Source of the DNA: Candidatus Thorarchaeota archaeon SMTZ1-45
GTDB taxonomy: Archaea > Asgardarchaeota > Thorarchaeia > Thorarchaeales > Thorarchaeaceae
Assembly (NCBI GenBank): GCA_001563335.1
Contig: LRSL01000069.1
Coordinates: forward strand, 1-64,000
Direction: 5' to 3'
Length of the DNA stretch: 64,000 nt
This document shows, piece by piece, positions 28,321-38,569 of this stretch. A model generated the notes under the pieces. The model was not told where the DNA came from, made no database searches, and was given only the letters and a program-made list of their open reading frames with translations. Each line of letters starts with the position of its first letter. The first letter of the stretch is position 1. The position numbers and the translations under genes were made by a program.

Positions 28321-29160
28321 TCATTGTTTTTTGGTTTCCTGTGATTTAGGAAGTGCATATTTTTGAGCTAAAGATTCAATTTCTTTCACAGTAGCCATTC
28401 GCTTAATCGCCGGGACTCCATTGATGAGGACACCTCTTGCCAGACCATATTTTCTCAAAATTTTCTGATCATCTGTATTCACAGCTACAACAGTTGCATC
28501 ATACTTCTTTAGAGCTCTCTGAGCCTTGTCTACCATCCATCCAGACCATGGACATTGATTATTGAACAGTATTTCTACTACCACTTTTCCATTATTGGGT
28601 ATGCGTTGGGTCTTTGGGCGAATAAGTGATGGTTGATTACCTCCGCCAAGATCCATGTGTAATAGAACCCGACTATCATCTCTATCAACCTCTTTGAAAC
28701 CAAATTTCTGAAAGAAAGATGATGGCATATAGGGGAAAACACCAAACCACTTGTCTCCATCGTATGCGAGTGTGGTAATGCCACCTGTTTTCTTTCCCTG
28801 TTCAATTGCATATGAGAGAAGAGTTTTTGCCACCCCCTTTTTCCAGATTGGGGGTATTACCCATATGCAGTTGATGAACAATGAGTTTTTACCTTGTACT
28901 GGTTCTGAGGCGTGCTGAATCGGTATATATTCTATGAGTCCCAATTTTCCCCTTCGTGGACCCAGAGCTACAGCGACTTTCAGTCCAACCTGCATCATAG
29001 ATGATAGCCATCTTTTTCTTGCTTCCATAGAGCTTTCCATTGCTTTCTTCCGTGTCTTCGGAACACTGGGATCCAAGCAGATAGCTGCAACCATATCTAG
29101 TTCATGGGCTGCTACTTCATAGATATTCACAGAAGGGGCTTTGTCAGGGCACACGTCCAC
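28321..29160 (-). CDS. GNAT acetyltransferase with C-terminal thioredoxin-like (YoaP-like) domain
   Basis: GLIEYIP, FINCIWV..WKKGVAKTL, FFQKFGF, NQCPW. Confidence 0.85.
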   Translation of the reverse strand: MDVCPDKAPSVNIYEVAAHELDMVAAICLDPSVPKTRKKAMESSMEARKRWLSSMMQVGLKVAVALGPRRGKLGLIEYIPIQHASEPVQGKNSLFINCIWVIPPIWKKGVAKTLLSYAIEQGKKTGGITTLAYDGDKWFGVFPYMPSSFFQKFGFKEVDRDDSRVLLHMDLGGGNQPSLIRPKTQRIPNNGKVVVEILFNNQCPWSGWMVDKAQRALKKYDATVVAVNTDDQKILRKYGLARGVLINGVPAIKRMATVKEIESLAQKYALPKSQETKKQ

Positions 29161-29244
29161 ACACCAACTGGATAGATATTGTGTATCCTTTGCGATAAAG
29201 GGATTGCTCGATGATTTTGAGTTTATAATAGCAAGAAGATCAAG

Positions 29245-29892
29245 TTAATGGAACGTTTTTCGTTTAGTATGGATTTCGAGAAACCATGTCAATGTTCCAA
29301 CCCAAATGAAGTAACTGTACACTATGACTTTTTGCAGAAAAGCTGCGTTTGGACTCATTGGATTAACCATAAGAAAAACACCAAGAGTAAGCACAATCAG
29401 ACCAAGAAGTGCGAAATGCCATGATTTTTGCCGATTGACTATGAATACGATTGAATAGACCAGAATCGCTAAGGAAAAGAGAATAAAATGAGCCATCACG
29501 AATACAAAGTGTGTTTCCAACTGAGTGTCTATGGGGTTTAGAGCAACTCCGATGAGTAAAGGAGTACACAGAAGACCCATTCCTGAACCAATAAAGCTCA
29601 AGATATTTTCGATTCTCGATTTGTTGAAATGCTTGAGCAGGCCAAGCCAGAAGAGTATGAGAGTGATTGAAACAGTGGTTAATGCTATGAAGAATAGAGT
29701 TGCAGAAACCGTGTTTGCTTCACTATTTCCTGCCAATACTGCTCCTAATTCACTGAAGTAGTAGTTGAAATAGTCGTATCCTCCAGGATAGAAGAAGGCA
29801 GCCAGAAAGGTCAGAAAAAAGAACTGAAATACGCCAAAGAGGACTATGCCACGTGTCACGCCTGCTAAGTCGGGCAGATTCCGAGTATTCAT
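29245..29892 (-). CDS. DUF998-like membrane protein
   Basis: YPGGYDYFNYYFSELG, multiple TM segments, QK motif in the last helix. Confidence 0.8.
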   Translation of the reverse strand: MNTRNLPDLAGVTRGIVLFGVFQFFFLTFLAAFFYPGGYDYFNYYFSELGAVLAGNSEANTVSATLFFIALTTVSITLILFWLGLLKHFNKSRIENILSFIGSGMGLLCTPLLIGVALNPIDTQLETHFVFVMAHFILFSLAILVYSIVFIVNRQKSWHFALLGLIVLTLGVFLMVNPMSPNAAFLQKVIVYSYFIWVGTLTWFLEIHTKRKTFH

Positions 29893-30014
29893 ATGATTTC
29901 GTGCGGGTTTCTCAGTTCTCCTTTTCTCTCCTTAGAACAGCGCAACATCTCTCTTTGGTCTTAAGACGAACATGAAATTGCAATATGAAAAAAGCAGAAC
30001 GATTAGGATAGTAA

Positions 30015-30425
30015 TTAGAGTCTAATTGGGTTTGGTCCTATCTTTCTTATCTCTTCAGCAAACTTGTTGATCTCGGCTGCAAACAGGTCCCCCTCAGCGG
30101 CACTCACAAACACCATCTTCACTCTGTTCTCGTTCAGACCAAGCGTGCCAACCAGCTTCCGTGTGAACCGGACTCTTCTTTCAGCCCCCAGGTTCCCAGT
30201 CTTGTACGCACAGTCTCCGGGGTGGCATCCAACAATGAGCACGCCGTCTGCTCCCTCCTGCAGCGCTTTCAGGATGAAGTTGATGTCCAGTCTCGCGGTA
30301 CACGGCATTCGGATGATTCTGCTCGTGATGTCATATTGTAGCTTCATGGTCCCTGCAAGGTCAGACGCGGCGTACATACATTGCATGCACCCGAACACGA
30401 TGATATTCATGTCTTTTGGAGGCAT
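30015..30425 (-). CDS. mvhD: Stand-alone hydrogenase iron-sulfur subunit MvhD/FlpD ([2Fe-2S])
   Basis: FGCMQCMYAASDLAG, RMPCTAR, GADGVLIVGCHPGDC, SAAEG, GPNP. Confidence 0.92.
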   Translation of the reverse strand: MPPKDMNIIVFGCMQCMYAASDLAGTMKLQYDITSRIIRMPCTARLDINFILKALQEGADGVLIVGCHPGDCAYKTGNLGAERRVRFTRKLVGTLGLNENRVKMVFVSAAEGDLFAAEINKFAEEIRKIGPNPIRL

Positions 30426-30521
30426 ATTCAAAGGCACCTTTCTGAAGCAGATACTGAAGCAGATTTGAAGGTCAATATATTCTTTGACATTTGTTCGCAT
30501 AAACCAGATATGAGAATATTA

Positions 30522-31127
30522 TCATAGATGATTCGAAAAAATGACATTAATGGCTGAAACAAGACCATCCAGAGCTGATAAGGGCTCCAATACGGTTCCG
30601 TCTAAAAGGTTCCTATTGGTATTACCGGTACCACTTTTGTGTATAATTAGACCGGGCTCTGTTTGAAAAGTTATGATGTATATCCATGAACCGTCAGTAT
30701 ATGTGATTGCTATTTCATACCACATGTGTGGACTTGACTCTGGTTCAAACAATTCTAGGGCTGTGATATTAGATGGATATGTTTGGTTTAGTCCTTCATG
30801 GAGTGCATCGTTTATTGATTCCACCTCTTTTGATGTGATTGTGAAGCTCCGGTCATAAATCTCAAGATATTCGTATCCAGTGGAATCATCCACAAAATGC
30901 GCACTGACTTGCCAAGCATCATTCTCTACAAAGATGAAGTTCGCTTCAGCTAGTTCAGGATAAAGTAGGTCAGAGCTATTGCCACATATCATTAATGATG
31001 CTACTTTTGAAGAGTTAGAGGTTGTAATTGGATTGTCTGAGTTGAACATTGATAAAAGGGCTGCAGCAAAAACAGCTAATATGATGATTGTTGCTGTAAC
31101 AATTGCTTTAGAGTTCTCCCCGACCAT
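30522..31127 (-). CDS. Membrane-anchored hypothetical protein
   Basis: N-terminal TM followed by an acidic soluble domain. Confidence 0.7.
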   Translation of the reverse strand: MVGENSKAIVTATIIILAVFAAALLSMFNSDNPITTSNSSKVASLMICGNSSDLLYPELAEANFIFVENDAWQVSAHFVDDSTGYEYLEIYDRSFTITSKEVESINDALHEGLNQTYPSNITALELFEPESSPHMWYEIAITYTDGSWIYIITFQTEPGLIIHKSGTGNTNRNLLDGTVLEPLSALDGLVSAINVIFSNHL

Positions 31128-31332
31128 TCACAAGTCCTCAAGACCTAGTTCTTTATAGTATGAACCTTTTTCTCATCAACTTTCTGTTCTCAGTAATGGT
31201 ATTTTGAAGGACCAGCGTCTGTAGTTGTTTAGCCTTGATTCTAGGACAGATTTCAATGAATATATTCCACAAAAGGATTACTGTTTTAGGAGGCTTTTTT
31301 CTAGGTGAGGATGTGATGAGAAGGTGTGATTA

Positions 31333-31926
31333 TTGACTGACCTCAATTTGCAAAAACACATCTCGTTCCTTGTGGAGATTGATGAACTTAAGCAGGTTTT
31401 CCGAGAGGCTGTGCTTATCAAGGACCTCAGACAGGAGAACGATGCAGAGCACTCATGGCATCTGGCCATGATGGTAATACTTCTCTCTGAGTACTCTAAT
31501 ATCAAGATAGACGTATTTCGGACTATCAAGATGGCGTTGATTCATGATATTGTAGAGATAGATGCAGGGGACACATTTTGTTATGAAGTTCATGACAAAG
31601 AGCAGAAGACTGTGGATGAGATAAACGCTGCTAAACGGATTTTTAACATTCTACCAACTGAACAGGCAAAAGAGTTGAAGCTCTTATGGGAAGAGTTTGA
31701 GAAAATGGAAACAGCTGAAGCTTGCTTTGCGGCAGCTGTTGATCGATTGCAACCGTTACTCCTTAGTTTTAACACAAGGGGGCATGCTTGGTTGAAACAT
31801 GGCGTCAGAAGGAGCCAAGTGATAGAGAGAAATAAGCACATTGCAAAAGGATCCGCTGTGTTGTGGGAGTATGCTAAATGGTTGATTGACGAGTCAGTCC
31901 AGAGGGGATACTTGCTTGATGGATGA
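31333..31926 (+). CDS. HD-domain hydrolase (YfbR/HDDC2-like)
   Basis: ENDAEHSWH, LIHDIVEIDAGD, LWEEFE, DRLQP. Confidence 0.93.
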   Translation: MTDLNLQKHISFLVEIDELKQVFREAVLIKDLRQENDAEHSWHLAMMVILLSEYSNIKIDVFRTIKMALIHDIVEIDAGDTFCYEVHDKEQKTVDEINAAKRIFNILPTEQAKELKLLWEEFEKMETAEACFAAAVDRLQPLLLSFNTRGHAWLKHGVRRSQVIERNKHIAKGSAVLWEYAKWLIDESVQRGYLLDG

Positions 31927-31984
31927 TATTGATTCGAAATTTGTATAACCTCAGGGGGGAGTTTCAGTACTGGAGTGGTTTGTT

Positions 31985-32434
31985 TTGGTTCAAGAACAGG
32001 AGGAAGACCAAATAAGAGAGGTCGCTATGGATTTAGATGATGCTATTGAGTCAAGGAATATTGAACAGATAGTTTCATTCTTTGCTGACGATTGCGAGAT
32101 AGAACTGATGGGAGTAACTCTTTCAGGAAAGGACGGAGCTAGAAAATGGCTTGAGTGGTTATTTGAAACCCTTGTTGAAATCAAGCTTGAACCTGTAATT
32201 ATTATGGTTGATGGAAATGCCTTCTTTGAAGAGTTTATACTCATTGGTACTCTACCAAATGGAAAGACTGTCAAGTCTAAGCAATCTGAGGTATTAATCT
32301 ATGAGAATTATAAAATCAAGAGTTTACGCTTATACTTTGATAGACTTGATTTTGCAGATGTGGTCGCAGAGGGTATCATTTCTAGAAGGATTGTCAAGAC
32401 TCTGATAGCTCGTTCTCTGAGGGGGCTTCTCTGA
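31985..32434 (+). CDS. SnoaL/NTF2-like protein
   Basis: FFADDC...GKDG...KIKSLRLYFD. Confidence 0.85.
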   Translation: MVQEQEEDQIREVAMDLDDAIESRNIEQIVSFFADDCEIELMGVTLSGKDGARKWLEWLFETLVEIKLEPVIIMVDGNAFFEEFILIGTLPNGKTVKSKQSEVLIYENYKIKSLRLYFDRLDFADVVAEGIISRRIVKTLIARSLRGLL

Positions 32435-32453
32435 AAAGTTCATAATCAACTGG

Positions 32454-32822
32454 TCAAACGAGTTCCTCAGCATCCGGTTGCCACTCTGGATATACAATAC
32501 ACAAGAATTCTAGATTGATTTCGCCTGTGTTCTCGATAGACTGAACTGCTTTAGGTGGAATATAGATTGTATCTCCAGGACCTACTCTCTGTGTTTCATC
32601 GTCAATATGCATCATGCCTTCTCCTTTGAGGATATAGTATACCTCTGAAGCAGTCTTGAATCTATGAGATAGCGAACATTTCTTCGGTGGAAGGGTGGCA
32701 TGTGCTAGACTGTATCCGATATGGAGAGGGATTGTGTCATGTTTAGGATTAAGCATCTCTCGTATTATTGTACCATCAAGCGCAATAATTTCTTTGAGAT
32801 CATTCAGTTTTTTTACAATCAT
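32454..32822 (-). CDS. Cupin domain protein
   Basis: H....EVYYILKGEG...VGPGDTIYIPP...IENTG. Confidence 0.92.
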   Translation of the reverse strand: MIVKKLNDLKEIIALDGTIIREMLNPKHDTIPLHIGYSLAHATLPPKKCSLSHRFKTASEVYYILKGEGMMHIDDETQRVGPGDTIYIPPKAVQSIENTGEINLEFLCIVYPEWQPDAEELV

Positions 32823-32842
32823 AGCAAAATCTCTCAATTATT

Positions 32843-34042
32843 TTAGAAATCTGGGGGGTTTTCAGCATACCACTTCGGGATCTTATCCATTGCCGGTTCA
32901 TAGCCACTGAGGACATGACGACCAAGAATGAGTCTTTGTACCTCACTAGTCCCCTCATAGATTTGGTACAGTTTTGCATCTCGGAAAAGCTTCTCAAGTG
33001 GATATTGATCAATGTATCCATATCCACCATGGATTTGAAGTGCCTCACTTGCTATTTCCATTGCCGCATCAGTAGCGTATGCTTTGGCTACACTTGCGGG
33101 AACTGTAGCATCACCTATGTTGTCAGTGGTCCATGCAGCCTTAAGATACAAGGCTCTTGATGCTTCAATTTTCATGTACATTTCAGCCAATTTGAACTGA
33201 ATCACTTCAAATTCTCCCAATTTCTGAGTGAAAGCCTCTCGTTTATTGACATAATCTCTTGCATACTCCAGCGCAGCACGTGCAAGTCCTGTAGCAAAAG
33301 CTGCAATCGATGGGCGGGTCATGGCGAAAGTCTTCATGGCGATTCCAAAGCCGTTTCCCTCCCCACCAAGTATGTTCTCTTCAGGAATCTTGGCATCATG
33401 GAACATTACCGAAGAAGTAGTAGAGGCTCTGTGTCCCATCTTTTCAACAGGACGACCTGTCTTGACTCCTGGAGTGTCAGCATCCACAATAAAGGCGCAG
33501 AGTGCTTTGTGTCGTTTGCTCGGATCAAGACTGGCAAAGACTGTGAAATAATCAGCATGAGGTGCATTTGTGATCCAAAACTTTGACCCGTTGAGTAAGT
33601 AGTTACTCCCTTCTTTCTTTACTCGGGTTTGTATTCCAGCAACATCTGACCCCATGCCTGGTTCTGAGCAGGCAAAACTCACGAATTTGAGTTCCTCAGT
33701 AAGTGGGCGTAGATATTTTTCTTTTTGGTCATCTGTCCCAGCAACAAGAATTGGTTCAGCTCCTAGTGTGTTTACATAAATGCTGGTGGTCATTCCTGCA
33801 CATCCAGCAGCCATTTCCTCCACTGTAATACATTGTTCGATTGAACCTAGACCAGGACCTCCATACTGCTTTGGAATCGAGAGGTTCATGAGTCCTTCCT
33901 CCCAGCACTTTTGGATTATTGGACGTGGGAACTCTCCAGTCTTGTCATAGTAATGAGCATAGGGAATCATATACTCCTGTGCAAACCTTCTCGCTTTATT
34001 CTGCAACTCTTGTTGTTCATGTGTTAACCTGAAGTCCACCAT
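32843..34042 (-). CDS. Acyl-CoA dehydrogenase
   Basis: SEPGMGSDV, NGSKFWITN, QIHGGYGY, IYEGTSEVQR. Confidence 0.96.
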   Translation of the reverse strand: MVDFRLTHEQQELQNKARRFAQEYMIPYAHYYDKTGEFPRPIIQKCWEEGLMNLSIPKQYGGPGLGSIEQCITVEEMAAGCAGMTTSIYVNTLGAEPILVAGTDDQKEKYLRPLTEELKFVSFACSEPGMGSDVAGIQTRVKKEGSNYLLNGSKFWITNAPHADYFTVFASLDPSKRHKALCAFIVDADTPGVKTGRPVEKMGHRASTTSSVMFHDAKIPEENILGGEGNGFGIAMKTFAMTRPSIAAFATGLARAALEYARDYVNKREAFTQKLGEFEVIQFKLAEMYMKIEASRALYLKAAWTTDNIGDATVPASVAKAYATDAAMEIASEALQIHGGYGYIDQYPLEKLFRDAKLYQIYEGTSEVQRLILGRHVLSGYEPAMDKIPKWYAENPPDF

Positions 34043-34133
34043 TATGCTCCCTCAATGGATTATCTAGTTTCAGACCTTTTTCAATTGGTATAAGTCAGTT
34101 GCTAAAGGGCTGTGGACTCATTCAAGGTACATA

Positions 34134-36398
34134 TTATGAAGTTGATGTGATGTGTCTTACAACTTCTGGAAGGTTCCATTTCAGCTCTAGTTCTAAAGCT
34201 CCGCCTTCAGGTCCTGGACATCGCCTGACGCATGTGCGACATGCAACGCAGAGCCAGAGATCTACTTCCACAGAACCAAATCCTGGAGCGTCATTCTCTA
34301 GGAGAATATCCTTTGAGGGCTTTGCTGTGGCAAGGTTCTGAACAGTCTTATAGAAAAGAGAACGATTGGAGGGTAATTGAGAGAGTGCTTCATCCGAGAT
34401 TTCAAAGAATTTGGTCACCTCGATTCGTGGTTCAAGCTCAATTGCATCCTCAGGACAAGAAATCTCGCAAGACTTACAACCAAGGCATTTCGATTGTTCC
34501 CATTCAATTGTTCCGAATCCCAGTAGAGGTGCATAACCCATTTGATTTCTGTACTCATCAAGAACTGATGGAACATCAACATCTACTAAATCCTCGAGAG
34601 TGACCTTTGGCCTCGTGCTTGGTATCTTTGCACGGGTCCGATAGGCAAGTAAGACTGCTGATCGTATTTTGTCCTCCACCTCGTTTAGTGTGGGTTCATC
34701 AATCAGTGCACCATTGACACGTATTGATGCTAGTTTGTCACGAGCTTTTGAGAAGACTTCCAAAGAGTTTGCTAGTTTCCCAATGTCGGGTGCTTTCAGT
34801 TCATTCAATATTCTTTGAAGCTCCATCTTGGCTTCCGAGAGTTGGAGAGCAAGGGTAGATGCTGTTTGGATTGTGATTTCTGCCTCAGATGGTGTTCTGG
34901 GTACATCATATAGGATGTATCCATGACTCTCACCAGCAATAGTGAGAAGTTCATCACGTTTCATTCTAAGAAGATGTCTGAGAATTCTATCCTGTGGAAT
35001 ATTTGTCCTCTCAGCAAGGTCATGAGCAGTGAGAGCTCCCAGTTCTCTAATCAGAATCAAGATTGTACCTCTCTCGAGCTCATTATCGAGATAGGTATCC
35101 ATCATTGTCTGGTACACTTCAGGGTCCAATTTTTCGCCATAGACGTTTGTGCCAGATACAAGGTTGGGACCCTTCTCCAAAGTGATTTTCAGACGAAACC
35201 GAGCAAAAGCTTCAAGTCCTGCTGAAACAAGAAGTCTGAGGTTTTCGGCATCATCAGATGTTTGAGTATTCAAAATTGCTTCGGTGACTCTGTCAATTGT
35301 TTCTCTTAACTTATTGATTGGTCCTGAAAGCTCAGTTTCATCATAGTTTCTCAAAATCTGTAAGCGTTCAAGTAATGATTGTAATTTTAGTAGAAATTCA
35401 TTTGCAGCATCAGAAAGGTCATCTTTCAGCGATTTGACCATTCCACGGACCTGTTGCACAATTCTCTTTAGAACTAGAGTTGTGTTTGGTGTTTCTGTGA
35501 AGACCTGAGAAAAGACAGGAGCGTCGCCATCAAGGCCGACCATCTCGATTTCGCCTCGTTGTATCATGGTAATAAGTGCGCTCTGAACTGTTTGAGATGA
35601 GGTCTGCATGAGTTCTCCTATTTGAATGACGGTCTTGGAACCCATTTTTCCAAGAATGAACATAATCACTCCACGATTGGCTTCGGTGAGCATATTCTCT
35701 ATGACAAGCTTGGCATACCTTGATTCATCAATTCGTTCTTCTCGTTTTCCTCGTTTGATTTGAGCAATAGCCCTCAGTCCAGGTCCATACCGGGTCTTTG
35801 TACTAAGTTTTTGAAGCTCATCCAGAGCTAAATCAGGATCTGATCCAGCTTTTGTTTTAGCTTCGATGAGGATTTTAACCAAAGAAACTAGTTCATCTTG
35901 GGCAGATTTTGCCTCTGACTTTGCAGTCCTTTCGAGTTTGTCTGTAATTGATTCTATTTCAGCAATCAGGTCAGCTAGTATTGAAAGAGTGTGAGTCATA
36001 TCCACGTCAATGCTAGTTACGCGAGTTTCTTCAACCTCAGTCATTCTAGTAAGGGCAGTATTGAGTAAATCTTTCAGTCCTTTCAGTGATTCAGATTCAG
36101 CTTTTGATACAGCACCTTCGAGATTGGAGATTGCTTCTTTGAGAATGCCTCTGTCGCTTATTTCAGAAACCGTGTTACTTTTCTCAACAGCTTTGAAGAA
36201 CTCCTCATAGTATGAGTCTGGGAATGCAAGAATTGCGTCAGTCAAAGGTGCTAACTCTACCTTAAGATTATCAAGCTCCTCCTTTACTCTACTAAGGGGA
36301 ATTGCAGACTCTTCTTTAAGACCACCGAGAGCTAATATCATGTCCAACATGCGTTGCCGCTTTGGAGCAATAGGTTTCTCAGGAGTTGAATGACTCAT
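34134..36398 (-). CDS. Hdr-operon protein: helical bundles, two winged-helix domains and a C-terminal 2x[4Fe-4S] ferredoxin domain
   Basis: ATGA overlap with the upstream HdrA-MvhD gene; CLGCKSCEISCP and CVACRTCVRRCP; two RGxI...wHTH repeats. Confidence 0.8.
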   Translation of the reverse strand: MSHSTPEKPIAPKRQRMLDMILALGGLKEESAIPLSRVKEELDNLKVELAPLTDAILAFPDSYYEEFFKAVEKSNTVSEISDRGILKEAISNLEGAVSKAESESLKGLKDLLNTALTRMTEVEETRVTSIDVDMTHTLSILADLIAEIESITDKLERTAKSEAKSAQDELVSLVKILIEAKTKAGSDPDLALDELQKLSTKTRYGPGLRAIAQIKRGKREERIDESRYAKLVIENMLTEANRGVIMFILGKMGSKTVIQIGELMQTSSQTVQSALITMIQRGEIEMVGLDGDAPVFSQVFTETPNTTLVLKRIVQQVRGMVKSLKDDLSDAANEFLLKLQSLLERLQILRNYDETELSGPINKLRETIDRVTEAILNTQTSDDAENLRLLVSAGLEAFARFRLKITLEKGPNLVSGTNVYGEKLDPEVYQTMMDTYLDNELERGTILILIRELGALTAHDLAERTNIPQDRILRHLLRMKRDELLTIAGESHGYILYDVPRTPSEAEITIQTASTLALQLSEAKMELQRILNELKAPDIGKLANSLEVFSKARDKLASIRVNGALIDEPTLNEVEDKIRSAVLLAYRTRAKIPSTRPKVTLEDLVDVDVPSVLDEYRNQMGYAPLLGFGTIEWEQSKCLGCKSCEISCPEDAIELEPRIEVTKFFEISDEALSQLPSNRSLFYKTVQNLATAKPSKDILLENDAPGFGSVEVDLWLCVACRTCVRRCPGPEGGALELELKWNLPEVVRHITSTS

Positions 36399-38560
36399 TC
36401 GGTCACCTCCATCCACTTCCCTGCAGTCCCTTCATGGACCGGTGTGGGTCCCAACTTTTTCGCACGTTCCACCATCTCATTAATTGCGTTGGTGAAGCGT
36501 TCAGGCTCTGCGCTGAACATTCTGAACATATCCACTCGTTCGCCTATCCAACCAATAGCATTCAAGATATCTTGGGCAACATCTACCTGCACCTGAGCAA
36601 TCTCGTTCCCGGTTCCTCCTATGTGACATCGGTCTTTCTCACAAGCAGCAATCATGACAGTGCTAGCACCACTTTCGAAGGCTTTGAGGAGGTCTATGAT
36701 ACTGACACGACCTGCGCAGGGGACCGGGATAAGACGTGTGCTAGCGGGGTACTCCATTCTTCTAGTTCCAACGATGTCGATTGTAGATACAGAGCATTCT
36801 TCGCAATAGAAGCAGAGCGTGATTGGATATTCTGAACCTGCACCTTCCAATGTAGCATCAATCTCAGACCATAGCTGTTCGTTGGATAAGAAATTGAGCT
36901 GAGTAGCACCAGAGGGACATAAACTCTGGCAGACGCCACAGGAGTGGCAGTTTAGAGTATCAATTGCTGCTTTGAATAGAATTTTTTGTTCTTCGTCAGT
37001 TTCTTCTGCCTCAGTCTGCTCAATCATTAGAGGAACTCCACGTGGGCATTGTTGGGCACAAAGGCTACATCCAACACAGTCATCTACCTCTAATACAGCA
37101 CCGCGTGAAATTAATTTGATTTTTCCACCCTGTAGTTCATTGTGAATTATGAGGGCACCAGCTTGAGCATCTGTCACAGCCTCAAACACAAATTGAGGAC
37201 GAGTGACTCCTCCTACTGCAACAACGCCACGGCGGCGAGTTTCGTTCCTTCTTAGCTTACCATAGAGTTCCTTCACATGTCCATCATCTTCGATGGCATA
37301 TCCTAATGTTTCGGAAAGCTCGAAGGTCCCATCAGGAGGAAGAACTGCAGAGGAGAGGACGAGGAGATCTACAGGTGTTTCTAGATATTTATCGAGTAAA
37401 GAGTCGTAGACTCGTACATATGTGGTATCATCTTTCTCCCAGGTCATACTTACTCGGCCACGTATATAGTCAATACCCTTCTCACGTGACTCTTTGTATA
37501 TCATCTCGTTCTCGAATGGAACTCTGATGTCCATGTAGACTATCCTGACATTGGCTTCGGGTATTTTTTCAAGGATTTCTAGAGAATTATCAATCGCAAA
37601 GGTGCAGCATAGTTTACTACAGTCCTTTTTGTAATCTTCATCTCTACTGCCAACACACTGAACCATCACAACATCTTTGATTGGGCGCCCATTAGACGGT
37701 CGGACTAAATCACCACTAGAGAGCATGCATGAAAGCTCGAACTGTGTGATGACGTCTGGATTCTTTCCATAGCGGTATTCTTCCATGGATGTAGGTTTGA
37801 ACTCCTTAAATCCAGTGGCTAATACTATGGCAGAAGTGTTCATGGTCTTTTCTTCTTTACCATCAGATAAATAGTGAACATTGAAGTTACCCATCTCGCC
37901 GGTAACATACCTGACTTTAGTGTTGGTCAATATTGTGATACTATTGTCATTCTGAAGTGCATCCAATCGACCACTAAGTATCTCTTTACCTGACTTTCCT
38001 GTAGGAGCAACTATGGGAAGACTTCTGACATGTCCTCCTAGCTCATCTGTCAATTCTATAAGAGAAACCCTGTATCCAAGATTGGAGAGACTAAGTGCAG
38101 ATTCAATACCTGCAATCCCGCCCCCAATAACTGTGACATGCGGGGTGATTTCCTTTTGTTCGAGTGATCGCTTTGTCGATTTTGCAGATCTGGCAAGTGT
38201 CCCACGGATCATATCCAAAGACTTCTTGTTTGCTTCATCCAAGTCTTTGTGTACCCATGCTGAGTGTTCTCTAATATTGACGTACTGAATCTGTGAGCTG
38301 TTAATGCCCTTTGAGTCCAAATAATGATCAATCCGTGGCTGAATTTTCTGACTGGAACATGCAGCAATAACGAGATGTTCGTCACCTTCTTTGAGCAGTT
38401 CTGCGATTTTCTCCAGACCTTCCTCTTGACAGACTGTATCATGAACAGTGACTGAGGCAGTCAGGTTCATCTTTCTGACTTGAGTTTCTAGAAAGTCAAA
38501 TCCCAATTGAAGCTGTTTGCCACAGGTGCAGATGAGTACTACTGATTTGCTGTCATCCAT
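36395..38560 (-). CDS. hdrA: HdrA-like flavoprotein fused to a C-terminal ferredoxin and MvhD domain
   Basis: CTCG...C...ACS, NIREH, IGGGIAG, QCVGSRD, CSKLCC, two CxxCxxCxxxCP, CEEC...PCAGRV...ACEKDRCH. Confidence 0.9.
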   Translation of the reverse strand: MDDSKSVVLICTCGKQLQLGFDFLETQVRKMNLTASVTVHDTVCQEEGLEKIAELLKEGDEHLVIAACSSQKIQPRIDHYLDSKGINSSQIQYVNIREHSAWVHKDLDEANKKSLDMIRGTLARSAKSTKRSLEQKEITPHVTVIGGGIAGIESALSLSNLGYRVSLIELTDELGGHVRSLPIVAPTGKSGKEILSGRLDALQNDNSITILTNTKVRYVTGEMGNFNVHYLSDGKEEKTMNTSAIVLATGFKEFKPTSMEEYRYGKNPDVITQFELSCMLSSGDLVRPSNGRPIKDVVMVQCVGSRDEDYKKDCSKLCCTFAIDNSLEILEKIPEANVRIVYMDIRVPFENEMIYKESREKGIDYIRGRVSMTWEKDDTTYVRVYDSLLDKYLETPVDLLVLSSAVLPPDGTFELSETLGYAIEDDGHVKELYGKLRRNETRRRGVVAVGGVTRPQFVFEAVTDAQAGALIIHNELQGGKIKLISRGAVLEVDDCVGCSLCAQQCPRGVPLMIEQTEAEETDEEQKILFKAAIDTLNCHSCGVCQSLCPSGATQLNFLSNEQLWSEIDATLEGAGSEYPITLCFYCEECSVSTIDIVGTRRMEYPASTRLIPVPCAGRVSIIDLLKAFESGASTVMIAACEKDRCHIGGTGNEIAQVQVDVAQDILNAIGWIGERVDMFRMFSAEPERFTNAINEMVERAKKLGPTPVHEGTAGKWMEVTE

Positions 38561-38569
38561 CTGTCAATT

